Under the pieces are notes generated by a model. That model had not been told where the DNA came from, searched no databases, and saw only the letters and a program-made list of their open reading frames with translations. Below, in pieces: positions 1 to 9,960 of a DNA stretch of 64,000 nucleotides (position 1 is the first letter of the stretch; each line of letters starts with the position of its first letter). The DNA comes from a virus (taxonomy: Duplodnaviria; Caudoviricetes): positions 1 to 64,000 of IMG/VR virus record IMGVR_UViG_2515154169_000001; one strand, 5' to 3'. Both the position numbers and the translations under genes were made by a program.

Positions 1-183
1 GACGACCAGGACGGTGCCGTGCTTGGCGGTGAGCTTGTCGAGAACGGCCCGCATCTTGGGCTCGCTGTTCGGCAGCCGCTTGTCGAAGACCCGCTTTCCG
101 GCCCGGGTCACCGCGGTTCCGTGGTGCTCGCCCTTGCCGACGTCCAGGCCGAGGAAGACGTCCACATCGCCGGTGTCGATCAC
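1..183 (-). CDS. IS110 family transposase/recombinase, N-terminal part (runs off the window)
   Basis: Reverse strand from GTG at 183 reads VIDTGDVDVFLGLDVGKGEHHGTAV...KRLPNSEPKMRAVL, the DEDD RuvC-like start (GLDVGK) of IS110 transposases. Confidence 0.85.
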   Translation of the reverse strand, partial: MIDTGDVDVFLGLDVGKGEHHGTAVTRAGKRVFDKRLPNSEPKMRAVLDKLTAKHGTVLVV

Positions 184-420
184 GCTGATCCCTTACGAGG
201 TCGTGCTGTCCCGGCCTCGTTGGCGTGGCATCAGTCGCCGGCATCCACGTTACGAAGAGCCTCCCAGCACGCTGGTGGTCCTGCCTCTATTAGCGGTCTA
301 CCGATGCCTCCGGCCCGGTGACACCACCCCCCGGATCATGCGAACTACAGGGGGGAACAGTCATGCCGGACCGGAGGCCGGGAGCCCCATTGCGGGGCCA
401 CGAAGAAGGTAACGGGGGGA
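1..420 (-). mobile_element. IS110 family element (partial), including ~235 bp non-coding end upstream of the recombinase
   Basis: Transposase 5' end plus a long non-coding leader. The boundary near 420 is approximate, set where the early promoter module begins. Confidence 0.7.
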
Positions 421-460
421 TCTGGCCTGGTCAGAGGCCAAAATCCCCCGGCACATCTTT

Positions 461-506
461 GTCCAAATTGGTTTGGCTAATGGGTCCAAAAGAAAGGATG
501 TAGGTA
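461..506 (+). promoter_or_regulatory. Early promoter/operator module, copy 1
   Basis: CCAAATTGGTTTGG at 463-476 and AAGGATGTAGGTA at 494-506, upstream of the ORF at 591. Confidence 0.65.
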
Positions 507-590
507 ACAACAAAAAAGAGAAGCCACGGGCCCCCACACATTCCACCCGTCATTCGGCGGGTGGCCCACCGAAGAGAAAGAGAGCCCATC

Positions 591-905
591 ATGTTGATTG
601 CCGAAGCCTGTGTAGAGATCGACCGGATTATCGAAGCCGGGGGCGTCGAGGACGCCTTGAACCTTTCCCGGCGACTCGCCCGCGAGGGTCAGGTAAACCC
701 GGCGGTGGCCGTACGGCGGACCGTCAGCCGGGGCGAACTCGACCGGGGCGCCCTCTGGAAGACCGGCGAGGACTTCGCCGAGATCGCCGCCCGGAACGGC
801 CAGTGGGTACGCGTTGAACACCTCGACCCCGGCCACGAAGCGGCCCAGTTCGGTGAGTTCGCCTCCATCCGCGAAGGCTGCCCTGAGTCGCAAAGGCTGT
901 TCTGA
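591..905 (+). CDS. Hypothetical protein
   Basis: ATG after purine-rich GAAAGAGAG; follows the promoter module. Confidence 0.55.
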   Translation: MLIAEACVEIDRIIEAGGVEDALNLSRRLAREGQVNPAVAVRRTVSRGELDRGALWKTGEDFAEIAARNGQWVRVEHLDPGHEAAQFGEFASIREGCPESQRLF

Positions 906-917
906 TTTCCGTGTGAT

Positions 918-969
918 CTCCCTGTCCAAATTGGTTTGGACAGGGAGTCATCGCGAAAGGATGTAAGTA
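918..969 (+). promoter_or_regulatory. Early promoter/operator module, copy 2
   Basis: Perfect inverted repeat CTCCCTGTCCAAA-TTGG-TTTGGACAGGGAG (918-947), then AAGGATGTAAGTA (957-969). Confidence 0.7.
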
Positions 970-997
970 ACACCAAATACTGACAAAGGAGGGCAAA

Positions 998-1267
998 GTG
1001 GAAGCCGCCACCACCAAGGCCGTGTTCGCCGAGGCCGCCCGTTCCACCTCGTGGAAGGTCACCAACCTCGGCCCCGTCACCGAGGTCAGCCACAACGGCT
1101 ACACGTACTCGGTCCAGCTGCCCCCCGCCAACGCCCCGAAGCCGTACCCGGCGGCCATCACCTACCGGGAGGGCTGCGGCGGCACCGACTTCCTCGACGT
1201 CCCCGCCACCTGGGCCCAGACCGCCGGAATCGTCGAGTCCGCCATGGCGGCAAGCCGCCTCCTCTGA
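998..1267 (+). CDS. Hypothetical protein
   Basis: RBS AAGGAGG, GTG start, high GC3, followed by a GC hairpin at 1274-1301. Confidence 0.75.
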   Translation: MEAATTKAVFAEAARSTSWKVTNLGPVTEVSHNGYTYSVQLPPANAPKPYPAAITYREGCGGTDFLDVPATWAQTAGIVESAMAASRLL

Positions 1268-1336
1268 CCCTCCCCGGCGGGGCCCCACTGGGCCCCGCCG
1301 GCTCCCCCCTCAACCCTCAGCCGAAGGAGCGCCACC

Positions 1337-1660
1337 ATGCCTCACACCCCGTCCCCCGCCACCATCGCCCGCCAGGCCGCAGAGGCCGCGTACCGCGCCA
1401 ACCCGAACCCGGCGACGCTCGCCGACCTGCGGGCAGCAGGCCAGGCCGAGATGGACGAGTACCTGGCCGGCTTCGACGCCCGCCACGCGGCCGACGTGGA
1501 GGCCACTCCGTGGACCGAGCCCGAGCGGACGCCCGCTGCGGCCCCCTCGCGCGCGGACTACGCGCGGTACGTGTACGACGGCATCGGCGCCACGGACGGC
1601 TACTACGCCCCGATGGACTTCGAGCACTGGGCGCGCACCCTCGGTCGCACCCTCGCCTGA
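1337..1660 (+). CDS. Hypothetical protein
   Basis: RBS GAAGGAG and high GC3. Confidence 0.75.
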   Translation: MPHTPSPATIARQAAEAAYRANPNPATLADLRAAGQAEMDEYLAGFDARHAADVEATPWTEPERTPAAAPSRADYARYVYDGIGATDGYYAPMDFEHWARTLGRTLA

Positions 1661-1753
1661 CTGCCCCTCACCTCACCCACCCACCGGCCCGGCGGCCCGG
1701 CCTCCCAGCGAGGCACGGGCCCCGGGCCGGACCACATCCCGAAGGGACACCCG

Positions 1754-2161
1754 ATGAGCGCGAGCACCTCCCGGTCCACGGGCAAGCTCGCCCCCCACTT
1801 CACCGCCGACGAGATCGAGCAGTTGCTCCGCGCGGTCGTCGACGCCACGTTCTTCGACGCCCACGACATGAGCCCCCGCAGGCAGGCCCTCGCCGCACGG
1901 GTCGACAAGCTGATCCACCTGGACATGGCGGGCAAGCTCCCCGACCCGCCGGAGCGCGAGGACACCGGCGACGAGATCCTCGCCACCGCCATGCGCACCG
2001 CGATCACCGGCGGCACGGGCATCGCCGTCGACCTCTTCCCGGACGGGTTCGAGATCACCGGCCCCGACGACGAATCGCTGTACCGGTCGGCCCGCACGCA
2101 CACCCGGCGCGGCCTGGCCACCTTCCTCGGGATCGCACAGCACGACGTCCACCCCGCCTGA
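1754..2161 (+). CDS. Hypothetical protein
   Basis: RBS GAAGGGA and high GC3. Confidence 0.7.
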   Translation: MSASTSRSTGKLAPHFTADEIEQLLRAVVDATFFDAHDMSPRRQALAARVDKLIHLDMAGKLPDPPEREDTGDEILATAMRTAITGGTGIAVDLFPDGFEITGPDDESLYRSARTHTRRGLATFLGIAQHDVHPA

Positions 2162-2230
2162 CCCCTTCACCCACCGGCCGGGCGCGCACCGCAGCGCGCC
2201 CGGGCGGACCACGTACGGAAGGAACGACGC

Positions 2231-2272
2231 ATGGCCGACATCACGATCAGTCACACCCGGGCCGAGGGCACT
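2231..2272 (+). pseudogene. DUF3560-like gene, 5' stub
   Basis: RBS GAAGGAA, then MADITISHTRAEGT, resembling the N-terminus of actinobacterial DUF3560 proteins; coding style breaks abruptly afterwards. Confidence 0.5.
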
Positions 2273-2530
2273 TCTGTTGGGCCGACGCGCCGGAAGTCGG
2301 CACCCGAGCTGATTGCGCGCTGTCCATCGATGTCGACGAACTCGTCATTCAGGACAGGAAGCTTGCTCATCACCTCGGCATACCCCTCGGGCTGGCCCAG
2401 CCCGCCACTGCCGCGAACCACCTCGACCACCTGCGGCAGTACGCGGTGCAGCGCCACGGCTCCATTGACCTTTTGCAGGACGAAGTCCGACGCCTCTTCG
2501 ACCTTCTGGCTGCCGTCCCGAAAGGTCCGG

Positions 2531-5500
2531 TCACCCGTAACCGAGCCGCTCCCGCCAGGCCCGGGACAGCCGGGGTCGCAGGAAAACCACCCCCTGCTGG
2601 GTGCCGACGGCGAGGTCGAGGACGGGGCTCGCGGGCAGGGCGGCGAGGGAGGTGACGAGCGCCGGGAGAGGCGCCGACCACACCTTCTCGCCACTCGGTA
2701 GATGGCACAGTGCCACGCCCTGTTCGTCGCTCACCGCGACCAGCGTGTCGCCGGCCGGGACCCGTCCCGTCCACAGCAACCGGCAGGCCGGTACACCCAG
2801 CTGACGCGGGGTGTCGGGGGCGGCGGAATCCCAGACGGTGACCGGGGCCGCATGAGCGTCGTCGCAGGCCTCCGGGTCCAGGAGGAGCAGGACGGCGCCT
2901 CCGTCGGACAACTCGGTCCAGCGCAGGAAGACGTCGACTTCGGAGATCAACCGGTGACCGATGTTCGAACGGGGTTCGGCCACCGGCTGGCTCGGCCGGA
3001 CCCGGTACCGGCTGTCCGTCGACAGATCGATGACTTCCGTCGTGCCCTCTCGCCCCTGCTGGGCCACCCACCGCGTCCCAGCTTTGGAGTGGTGCGGCAG
3101 AAGGAGGAAGACGTCGCCGAGGAGTTCCAGCGGCGTGCCCCTGCCGGGCGTGCCCGCTGAGACGTCCCACAGCCGGCCCTCCGTGACGCCGGTCCGCGGA
3201 GCCTCGCCTTCGACCGAGCGGTCGCATCGGCCCGCCACGCTGCTTTCCCAGCGCCAGATCGGGCGGGTGCCCGTCAGCAGCACGGTGGTTCCTGCCAGGG
3301 TGGTGAAGGCCGCCGAGCAGACCCAGTCGTTGCTCGGATCGACCGGCCAGGGAAGGTTGGTCCACCCAGGAGTGGAGTGCGGGGTGTCGAGGAGTCTCAC
3401 CCGGCCGCGGACTGCGTCCAGGCCCAGCAGCCGGGTGTGCGGATGGCTTGATGTCGGTGGCAGCAGGTGCGCCTGGACCCCGAGATAGGCCCACCCCTCC
3501 AGCCAGGTCAGGTTCGTGTGTTCGGCGGGTTCGCCCGGGGCGATGCGGTGCCAGACCGCTTGGGAGTACGGCACGGAACTGGACCACCCGGGCAGGTCGG
3601 AGTGGACGTCCGGCTTCACGTGGCCCGTGTAGTCCCAGGTCAGGAGCTGGAGCGAGCCGTCCGGGTCCACAGCGCGCTCCTGTTCGGAGACTGCGTCGAC
3701 GAACAGCTCCTCGACCAGGTCGAACGTGGTGCCGGGGGGCTCCGGGATGGGGGCAACGCGCCGGACCAAGCGGCCGGAGACGGCCATGACGCCGGTGGAG
3801 TCCTCGGGCCAGGCGATGATTGAGTCGATCTCCGGAGCGGACAGCTCTGGCGGTGCGGATCGCGGGTCGCCCGGGCTGTCGTGGTCGGCCCACCGCCACA
3901 GTCGAGCGGTCCCGTCGTTGCCCACCGCCAGGATGTCGGGTCCCGATTCACCGGGAGCGGGCAGTAGCCGGAGGGCGCAGACTGCGCCCTCGTGCCCCCA
4001 CAGCGGTGAACCCACGGCGTCCGCGGTCGTGCAGCTGACCACGCTGACCTGGCTTCCGTAGCTGGTCGTCGCGGCGTATAGCCCGTCCCGCACCAGCACG
4101 GGTGCCAGGAGACGCGCATGGTCGGCTTCCTTGTCCCGGGCCGTGATGCGTTCTGCGGGGCCGTCGAGACGCGCGATGAGCAGATCGTAGTGGTCCTGCG
4201 TCACGAACACGGGGTCGTCCTCGCTGCTCAGGGCGAAGCCGCTCTCCTGCCAGGCGAAACCGTTGAACGGCAAGGCCACGATCCGCCCCGATCCCGTGCC
4301 GATCAGCGTCACCCGGGTGCGCGGCTCGCACACCGCGGCGACGGTGCCCTGACCGCCATGGATGCGGTCGGCCAGGAAGGGGCGGATGCAGTCGTCGAGC
4401 AGGACGTCGACGTCCCCCTCCGCGTCTAGGGAGTGCAGGGTGACACGACCGCGCACCACGTCGCACAGCAGGAGCCGGACGCGGCCGTCGGCGTCGTGGG
4501 TGAGGCAGGCGGATGCCCTAGGCGTGTCGACATCGTTCTTCGCGGATGTCTCGCAGGCCACCTGGACCAGTGGTTCCAGCAGGGGCAGCGTGCACACGCG
4601 GACCTGTTCGGCGTCCCCGTACACGACCACGGGTGTGCCGTCGTCGTGGAACCCCGCGTCGAACAGCAGCGTTGCCCCACTGGGGGCGGTGTGGAGCAGC
4701 GTCTGGTCGGCGACGTCCCATATTCGGATGTCCCCCCTGGCGTCGAGAGTCACTGCCTGCGCCGGGCTCGCACCGTCAATGAGCAGAGCGAGTCCCGCGA
4801 CGTCGGCGGGATGCGGCAGCAGGGTCGACTGAGAGGGGTCGTCGAGCCACCACACGTGCACGTAGGGGGCTGACGGAGGCGCCGCGAGCACGACGTGGCC
4901 ACCGTCCGGCAGGACCAGGTCCTCTATCTGCCACCCCATGTTGACCGAGCGGATCGCAAAAGCGTCCCCGTCGTGCCGGCCTACCACGCGATGCGGGGTG
5001 ATCTCCCGTGGCTCCACCTGCACGCGCTCCAGCACGACCGACAGGTCCTGGGCCTGCCCGGACAGCGCGCGCTCCCCGTGTGTCGCCGCGACGAAAGCCA
5101 GCAGAGCTGGCTTGTCGACCCGGGCGGAGTCGGTGTTGGCGACGAGGTAGGCGTAGCGCTCGACGGCGAGGGCGAGCGTGGGACGGCGCAGTGCTCGCCG
5201 TACCGCTGGCAGCAGCGTCGCCGGGTCGGCGTGGATGACGAACGAGGCATCTTCGATGAGATCGTCCAGTTCTCCCGAAGCCGCGGCGTGCGTAGACAGG
5301 TGGGTGCGGACGTAACGATGCGCATGCAACCAGTTCCGGTCGGGCACGAGCTCCAGCAGGGTCGCCACGAAGCACTCCTGAAGGTCCGCCAGATCGCGGT
5401 ATTTGAGCGCCCGCCACTTCAGATGATCCGTCAGTTCTTGGTGGTACAAACGGAAGTACTTCGTGCCGTCCACTTCGGCGTGCGCCAGATAGGAGCCGTC

Positions 5501-7192
5501 CTCGTCCAGCAGCAAGTCGACGTCCGCCTGGACGAGGGGGATGCCCGAGAGCTGCGTTGCCACCCGCACCCAAAGACGGCGCGGCAGGCCGTTGCCCTCT
5601 CCGAAGGCCAGCACGGTGAGCAGGGCCATGGTCTTGGCGTGCCGCTCCTGCGGCAGTCGCTGGAGATACGCCTCGAAGGCGCCTCCCACGTCCGAGGGCA
5701 GTTGCTCGGCCCAGCCCGGCGTGGTGGTGTCGACGACCGGGCCGCGCAACAGCGCGCTCGCCGTCATCCGGGCGACCAGGAAACACCTCCCGGCCCGGCG
5801 GGCTACCTCGCGGGCGACCCGGCGGGCCACGTCCGGCCGGTGTTCGTACGGTGCCCCCTCGTCGCAGAGGATCTTCGCCACGTACTCGGCTGGCCTTGTG
5901 TCCTGCGCATACTCACCGTCGTCGAGGTCGATCACCGGCATGTGGCCACCGAGGTGGGGCAGCAGCTCGCGACGTGAGCCGACTACGAGCCGGACACAGG
6001 CCACCGCCGCGAGGGGGCGGAGCAGTTCCCACGCGATGCGGCGGGCCTCGGCCTTGTCACCCGCTGAACCTGCCTCGTCGAGCGAGTCGACGACGATCCG
6101 GAAGGGGCGTTCCCGGTCCATGAGGGCGGTGCACAGGGCTACCGGCGTGCCCGCGCGGACGTCCGCCGCGGCGGCGATGCGCTGTATTAGGGCCTCCAGC
6201 GTTTGATGGTGCGCGTTGACGGAGGCGTCAGCACAGCCCTCCAGCACCAGTCGGCCCAGGACAGCGGACTTGCCCGAGCCGGGGTCGGCGGTGACGACCA
6301 GGGCTCGGCCCTGCTCGTCGCCCTCCAGATGGGCGCGTGCCACCCGCAGGGCCCGCTCACGTCCGGTGAAGTAAGAACCGGGGTCGTGCACATGCTCCAC
6401 ACCACGGCCGCGCGGCTCGAAGTGCGAGGAGAGGTCGGAGGCGTCGAAGACCGTGCGCCCGTCGCCCATGACTTCGGCGCGCGGGTCGAAGGAGGGGTTC
6501 ACGAAGAATGGGGGCCGCTCGGACTGGTCGACGGACGAGCACGCGGCCCGCTGGGCCAGCCCCGCCGCCGTTAGGGAACGATTGATCCGCTCGGCAAGCG
6601 TGCTCGGCGCCAGGTACCGTTGCGATGGCCCGTCACCCCGATGGCTCGCCTCGGCCATTTCGGTCACGAAGGCGCCGTCGACCGCCAGATCGCGATGCCG
6701 GGCGGAGGCCAGCAGCCAGGTGCCCGCGCCGAATCCGTCGCCGCGTCCCCGGCCGGCCACGATGGTGTCGGTGACGGTGCCAATCTCCGCCGTGGCCGCC
6801 GCCGCGTGACAGGCGTCCACCACAAACAGGACGTTGCGGACCGGTGATGTGGCAAGGATTTCGGCAAGGTTGGGCAGTGACAGCCACGAGCGGGGTCGCC
6901 CCGGCTCGCTGTCAGCGCAGGCCAGACGGTACTGGCCGGCTGGGGAGCGGTCCCCGTGCCCGGCGTAGTACACAACGACGACGTCGTCAGCGGTCAGTCC
7001 GGGGGTGTGGCACCAGTCGGCCAAAGCGTTCTCGAAGGACTCGCAGTCCGGGTCGTAGGAGACGGCCGTCAGGACACGCTCGTAGCCCATCGCCACGAAC
7101 AGCTCGGTCGCCTGGTCGACGTCCTTGTGGGCCAGGGGGAGTTCGGGGGCTTCCCGGTAGTGGCGGGTGCCCGCAGCGATGAGGTAACGCAT
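2531..7192 (-). CDS. Caspase-like (peptidase C14) + STAND/NACHT-like ATPase + beta-propeller sensor (NLR-like defence protein), ~1553 aa
   Basis: YYAGHG and VDACHA catalytic dyad, Walker A ADPGSGKS, Walker B IVVDSLDE, YFRLYHQ winged-helix motif, WD40-like repeats (GHEGAVCAL...DGTARLW). ATG at 7192 overlaps the upstream stop (TGATG). Confidence 0.85.
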   Translation of the reverse strand: MRYLIAAGTRHYREAPELPLAHKDVDQATELFVAMGYERVLTAVSYDPDCESFENALADWCHTPGLTADDVVVVYYAGHGDRSPAGQYRLACADSEPGRPRSWLSLPNLAEILATSPVRNVLFVVDACHAAAATAEIGTVTDTIVAGRGRGDGFGAGTWLLASARHRDLAVDGAFVTEMAEASHRGDGPSQRYLAPSTLAERINRSLTAAGLAQRAACSSVDQSERPPFFVNPSFDPRAEVMGDGRTVFDASDLSSHFEPRGRGVEHVHDPGSYFTGRERALRVARAHLEGDEQGRALVVTADPGSGKSAVLGRLVLEGCADASVNAHHQTLEALIQRIAAAADVRAGTPVALCTALMDRERPFRIVVDSLDEAGSAGDKAEARRIAWELLRPLAAVACVRLVVGSRRELLPHLGGHMPVIDLDDGEYAQDTRPAEYVAKILCDEGAPYEHRPDVARRVAREVARRAGRCFLVARMTASALLRGPVVDTTTPGWAEQLPSDVGGAFEAYLQRLPQERHAKTMALLTVLAFGEGNGLPRRLWVRVATQLSGIPLVQADVDLLLDEDGSYLAHAEVDGTKYFRLYHQELTDHLKWRALKYRDLADLQECFVATLLELVPDRNWLHAHRYVRTHLSTHAAASGELDDLIEDASFVIHADPATLLPAVRRALRRPTLALAVERYAYLVANTDSARVDKPALLAFVAATHGERALSGQAQDLSVVLERVQVEPREITPHRVVGRHDGDAFAIRSVNMGWQIEDLVLPDGGHVVLAAPPSAPYVHVWWLDDPSQSTLLPHPADVAGLALLIDGASPAQAVTLDARGDIRIWDVADQTLLHTAPSGATLLFDAGFHDDGTPVVVYGDAEQVRVCTLPLLEPLVQVACETSAKNDVDTPRASACLTHDADGRVRLLLCDVVRGRVTLHSLDAEGDVDVLLDDCIRPFLADRIHGGQGTVAAVCEPRTRVTLIGTGSGRIVALPFNGFAWQESGFALSSEDDPVFVTQDHYDLLIARLDGPAERITARDKEADHARLLAPVLVRDGLYAATTSYGSQVSVVSCTTADAVGSPLWGHEGAVCALRLLPAPGESGPDILAVGNDGTARLWRWADHDSPGDPRSAPPELSAPEIDSIIAWPEDSTGVMAVSGRLVRRVAPIPEPPGTTFDLVEELFVDAVSEQERAVDPDGSLQLLTWDYTGHVKPDVHSDLPGWSSSVPYSQAVWHRIAPGEPAEHTNLTWLEGWAYLGVQAHLLPPTSSHPHTRLLGLDAVRGRVRLLDTPHSTPGWTNLPWPVDPSNDWVCSAAFTTLAGTTVLLTGTRPIWRWESSVAGRCDRSVEGEAPRTGVTEGRLWDVSAGTPGRGTPLELLGDVFLLLPHHSKAGTRWVAQQGREGTTEVIDLSTDSRYRVRPSQPVAEPRSNIGHRLISEVDVFLRWTELSDGGAVLLLLDPEACDDAHAAPVTVWDSAAPDTPRQLGVPACRLLWTGRVPAGDTLVAVSDEQGVALCHLPSGEKVWSAPLPALVTSLAALPASPVLDLAVGTQQGVVFLRPRLSRAWRERLGYG

Positions 7193-8097
7193 CAGACAGG
7201 CCCGTTCCCCGGCAGCAGGCCCGTCAAGATGGCCCGCCCCGTCTCGACGGCGGTCAGGTACCGCGTGGCGTCGTGCATGTGGCTGCCGTTGTGCACCGCC
7301 ACGTCCCGCACGCCGTCGCCGAAGGAAGGGCCGAGTTCGCGTACGACGGCGACGATGTCGGTGTCGTCGGCGATGTTGGTCCATGCCCGCAACGGCTTTG
7401 GCCACACGGCCCGGCAGTTCTCGGGCGCCGGTTCGAGCCGGTCGAGGACGAGGGCGCGCATGCCCAGCGGCGATCCCAGGGTGACGAGCATTGGGATGTC
7501 CCATTCGGCGTTGCGCCGCGGGTCGCAGAGCGTCTCGTAGGCGATGACCGACCCGAGCGAATGGGCCACGACGACCCGTGTCCTCGGGGTGATCCGCGCG
7601 GCCAGCCGGTCCTGCGCCGCACGCCGGATCTCCTCGTCGGTGAAGTAGCCGGTCATCTGCTTGAGACTGCCGATCAGCGCGCGGTCGAGGACTCCTCGCA
7701 GGTACCGGGCGCCCGTGAGGGCGTCCAGAGCTGCTCGTACGGCGTTGAGCCGGAGGGTCCGGGAGGCGGTCCAGCCCACGGGGCCCCGCGTACCGGTGGC
7801 TACGGGATCCGGGACCGCGGGGTCGGTGCGCGCCGCCTCGGCCCACCACTCCATCAGGAGGGCGAACTCCGCGTCGTTGTCGACATCGCCCTCGTCGTAC
7901 GGGAGTTCGGCCCCCGCGCGGGTGCCGCGTGGCCGGAACAGGTCACCGTAGAAGGCCACCCCCACGTCGTCGGACGAAGGCACCGGTCCACCCGCCAGGC
8001 GTGTGCCGCCCTGGAGTTCGGGAACGACGTCCCGTGCCAAGGAATCCTCGCTCAGGTACTGCTTGCCGACGCCGTGCACGAAAACAACCTTGCTCAA
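7192..8097 (-). CDS. Alpha/beta hydrolase (lipase-like), putative effector
   Basis: VFVHGVG oxyanion motif, AHSLGS nucleophile elbow, LVTLGSP, DIVA Asp and a C-terminal His; translationally coupled to the caspase-STAND gene. Confidence 0.85.
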   Translation of the reverse strand: MSKVVFVHGVGKQYLSEDSLARDVVPELQGGTRLAGGPVPSSDDVGVAFYGDLFRPRGTRAGAELPYDEGDVDNDAEFALLMEWWAEAARTDPAVPDPVATGTRGPVGWTASRTLRLNAVRAALDALTGARYLRGVLDRALIGSLKQMTGYFTDEEIRRAAQDRLAARITPRTRVVVAHSLGSVIAYETLCDPRRNAEWDIPMLVTLGSPLGMRALVLDRLEPAPENCRAVWPKPLRAWTNIADDTDIVAVVRELGPSFGDGVRDVAVHNGSHMHDATRYLTAVETGRAILTGLLPGNGPV

Positions 8098-8182
8098 TGC
8101 CCCTCCCCGAGTGAGGGAACAAGATTACGCGGGCAAGGTCAGCCCGGCAGCTGGGTGACCAAGTCGAAGCGGCGCTCAGTCT

Positions 8183-8703
8183 GGGCGGTCGCCTCGGCTG
8201 ACTACGAGAAGCACCGGCGCAGTCCCGGGGTGACGCTCCGCCGGATCGACGTCAAGGAGGCCGACCTGCGCAGGGTCGAGCGGCAGCAGATCCGCACCCT
8301 GCGGTGCCTCGTCGAGGACGTCGCGCGTACCGACCAGATCGCCGAGTCCTGGGAGGAGCTGGGCCGGCGGCACGGCGAACTCGCCGAGGAGATCGGTTAC
8401 TGGCGGGAGGTCATCGCCGAGGCCGAGGCGAACGGCGTGAAGATCTGGTCCCGGGACGACTTCACCAAGGGCGACTTCGTGCGGTCTGGCGGCACCTGGT
8501 ACGAGGTGCTGCGGGTGAACCCGAAGACGCTGACAGTCCCGTACACGCTGAACGTGGCCAAGGTGGTGACGGCCGCCGAGCACCAGCTGCGAGGGGTGAC
8601 GTACCCGATCGAGTACAGCAAGGTGGCCGGGCGCATGAGCGGCGAAGAGATGCAACGGGTGCTCGCCGAGGTCGCCGCCCGCCGCGAGGCGAACCAGCCC
8701 TGA
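8183..8703 (+). pseudogene. DUF3560-like gene, 3' remnant
   Basis: TLRRIDVKEADLRR...WSRDDFTKGDFVRSGGTWYEVLRVNPKTLTV with high GC3 and no start of its own. Confidence 0.6.
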
Positions 8704-8786
8704 CCTGTGGCTCCTTAGAAGTTTCTTTGCCAAATCCACTTGGATTGCACGGTTAGTCCAAGTGGATTTGGCCAAGGATGGAAGTA
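8701..8786 (+). promoter_or_regulatory. Early promoter/operator module, copy 3
   Basis: TGACCTGTGG...GCCAAATCCACTTGGA-N-TCCAAGTGGATTTGGC...AAGGATGGAAGTA, upstream of parB. Confidence 0.8.
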
Positions 8787-8829
8787 GATCAACAACACAC
8801 CATCCATGACAAATCAACAGGGAGCGATT

Positions 8830-9951
8830 ATGACCGTCACCACCACCACTCAGGCCACCACTTCCACCAGGAAGGCCCCGGCCCCCAAGAAGGCGGCACC
8901 CGCCAAGAAGGCCCCGGCCAGCAAGCTGGCGGCCCCCACGGCGGCCGAACCGAAGACGGTTCAGAAGACCATCCCGGTCGACCGCATCGACCGGGACCCC
9001 GGTCAGCCTCGTGAAGAGTTCAACGAGGCCAAGCTGAACGAGCTGGCCGCTTCGATGAAGAAGCTCGGGCAGCTCCAGCCGATCACCGTCCGGTACGTGC
9101 CCAGCACCAAGCGGTTTACGTTGGTCATGGGCGAGCGCCGGTGGCGGGCCGCCAAGATCGCGGGCCTCACCGAGATGACCGCGCTCGTCATGCACGGCGT
9201 CCCGGAAGGTTCCCGCGAGACCTTCGCCAAGGCGGTTGCCGAGAACTGCGGGCGCCTCGACATGACCCCCGTCGAGGAAGCCATGGCGTTCCAGCGCCTG
9301 GTCGACGCCGAGTACAGCATCGAAGAGGTCGCCGAAATGGTCGGCAAGTCCTCGGCCTACGTCGGCTGGAGGATCGACCTCCTCCGGCTGTGCGAGCCCG
9401 CCCGCGAAGCCCTCGGCAAGGGCCACCTGCCCGTCGGCCTCGCCTGGTACGTGTCCTTGCTGAACTGCGACAACCAGATGCGGTTCCTCACCCGGTACGC
9501 CCGGGGCGACTTCAAGAGCACCCGGGAAGCGGAGGCCTTCGCCCAGGCCGCCCGAGCGGAAGAGAAGCGGCAGGCAGAGCAGGGCAGCTTCTTCGTCCTC
9601 GCCGAAGAGGCCGCCACACCCGGCAGCGACCAGGACGCCCTCCCCGGAGCCCTCGACGTCCCCGAGGAGGAGCGCGAGCGCATCGTCTCCGAGCGCACCA
9701 AGTGGGTCGGCAAGATCGACCGGCTCGGCAACGCGGGCGCGATCCTCGCCGAGCTGGCCACCGCCGACCCCGAGGAGCTGGCACTCCTCCTCGCCGGTAC
9801 CCCCGGCGGCGTCCCCGGCCACGCCCTGCGCATCGAGCACCTGCGGGACGTTGCGATGCGCGCCATGAAGAACCTCCGCCAGGCCCAGGCCATCGCCGCG
9901 GTCCGCGCGAACAGCATCCAGATCAACCCGGAGGCCGCCGCCTCCGCCTGA
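8830..9951 (+). CDS. ParB/RepB/Spo0J family protein
   Basis: QPREEF...LAASMKKLGQLQPI...GERRWRAA, ENxxR motif and HTH; Lys/Ala-rich N-terminal tail. Confidence 0.9.
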   Translation: MTVTTTTQATTSTRKAPAPKKAAPAKKAPASKLAAPTAAEPKTVQKTIPVDRIDRDPGQPREEFNEAKLNELAASMKKLGQLQPITVRYVPSTKRFTLVMGERRWRAAKIAGLTEMTALVMHGVPEGSRETFAKAVAENCGRLDMTPVEEAMAFQRLVDAEYSIEEVAEMVGKSSAYVGWRIDLLRLCEPAREALGKGHLPVGLAWYVSLLNCDNQMRFLTRYARGDFKSTREAEAFAQAARAEEKRQAEQGSFFVLAEEAATPGSDQDALPGALDVPEEERERIVSERTKWVGKIDRLGNAGAILAELATADPEELALLLAGTPGGVPGHALRIEHLRDVAMRAMKNLRQAQAIAAVRANSIQINPEAAASA

Positions 9952-9960
9952 CCACCAGCC

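Noticed and set aside
7193-7849. N-terminal extension of the 1772-aa ORF
   Set aside because: It overlaps the hydrolase gene out of frame; the coupled ATG at 7192 is the better start.
7273-8182. 5' part of ORF 7273-8703
   Set aside because: Antisense shadow of the hydrolase gene; only the 3' part looks coding.
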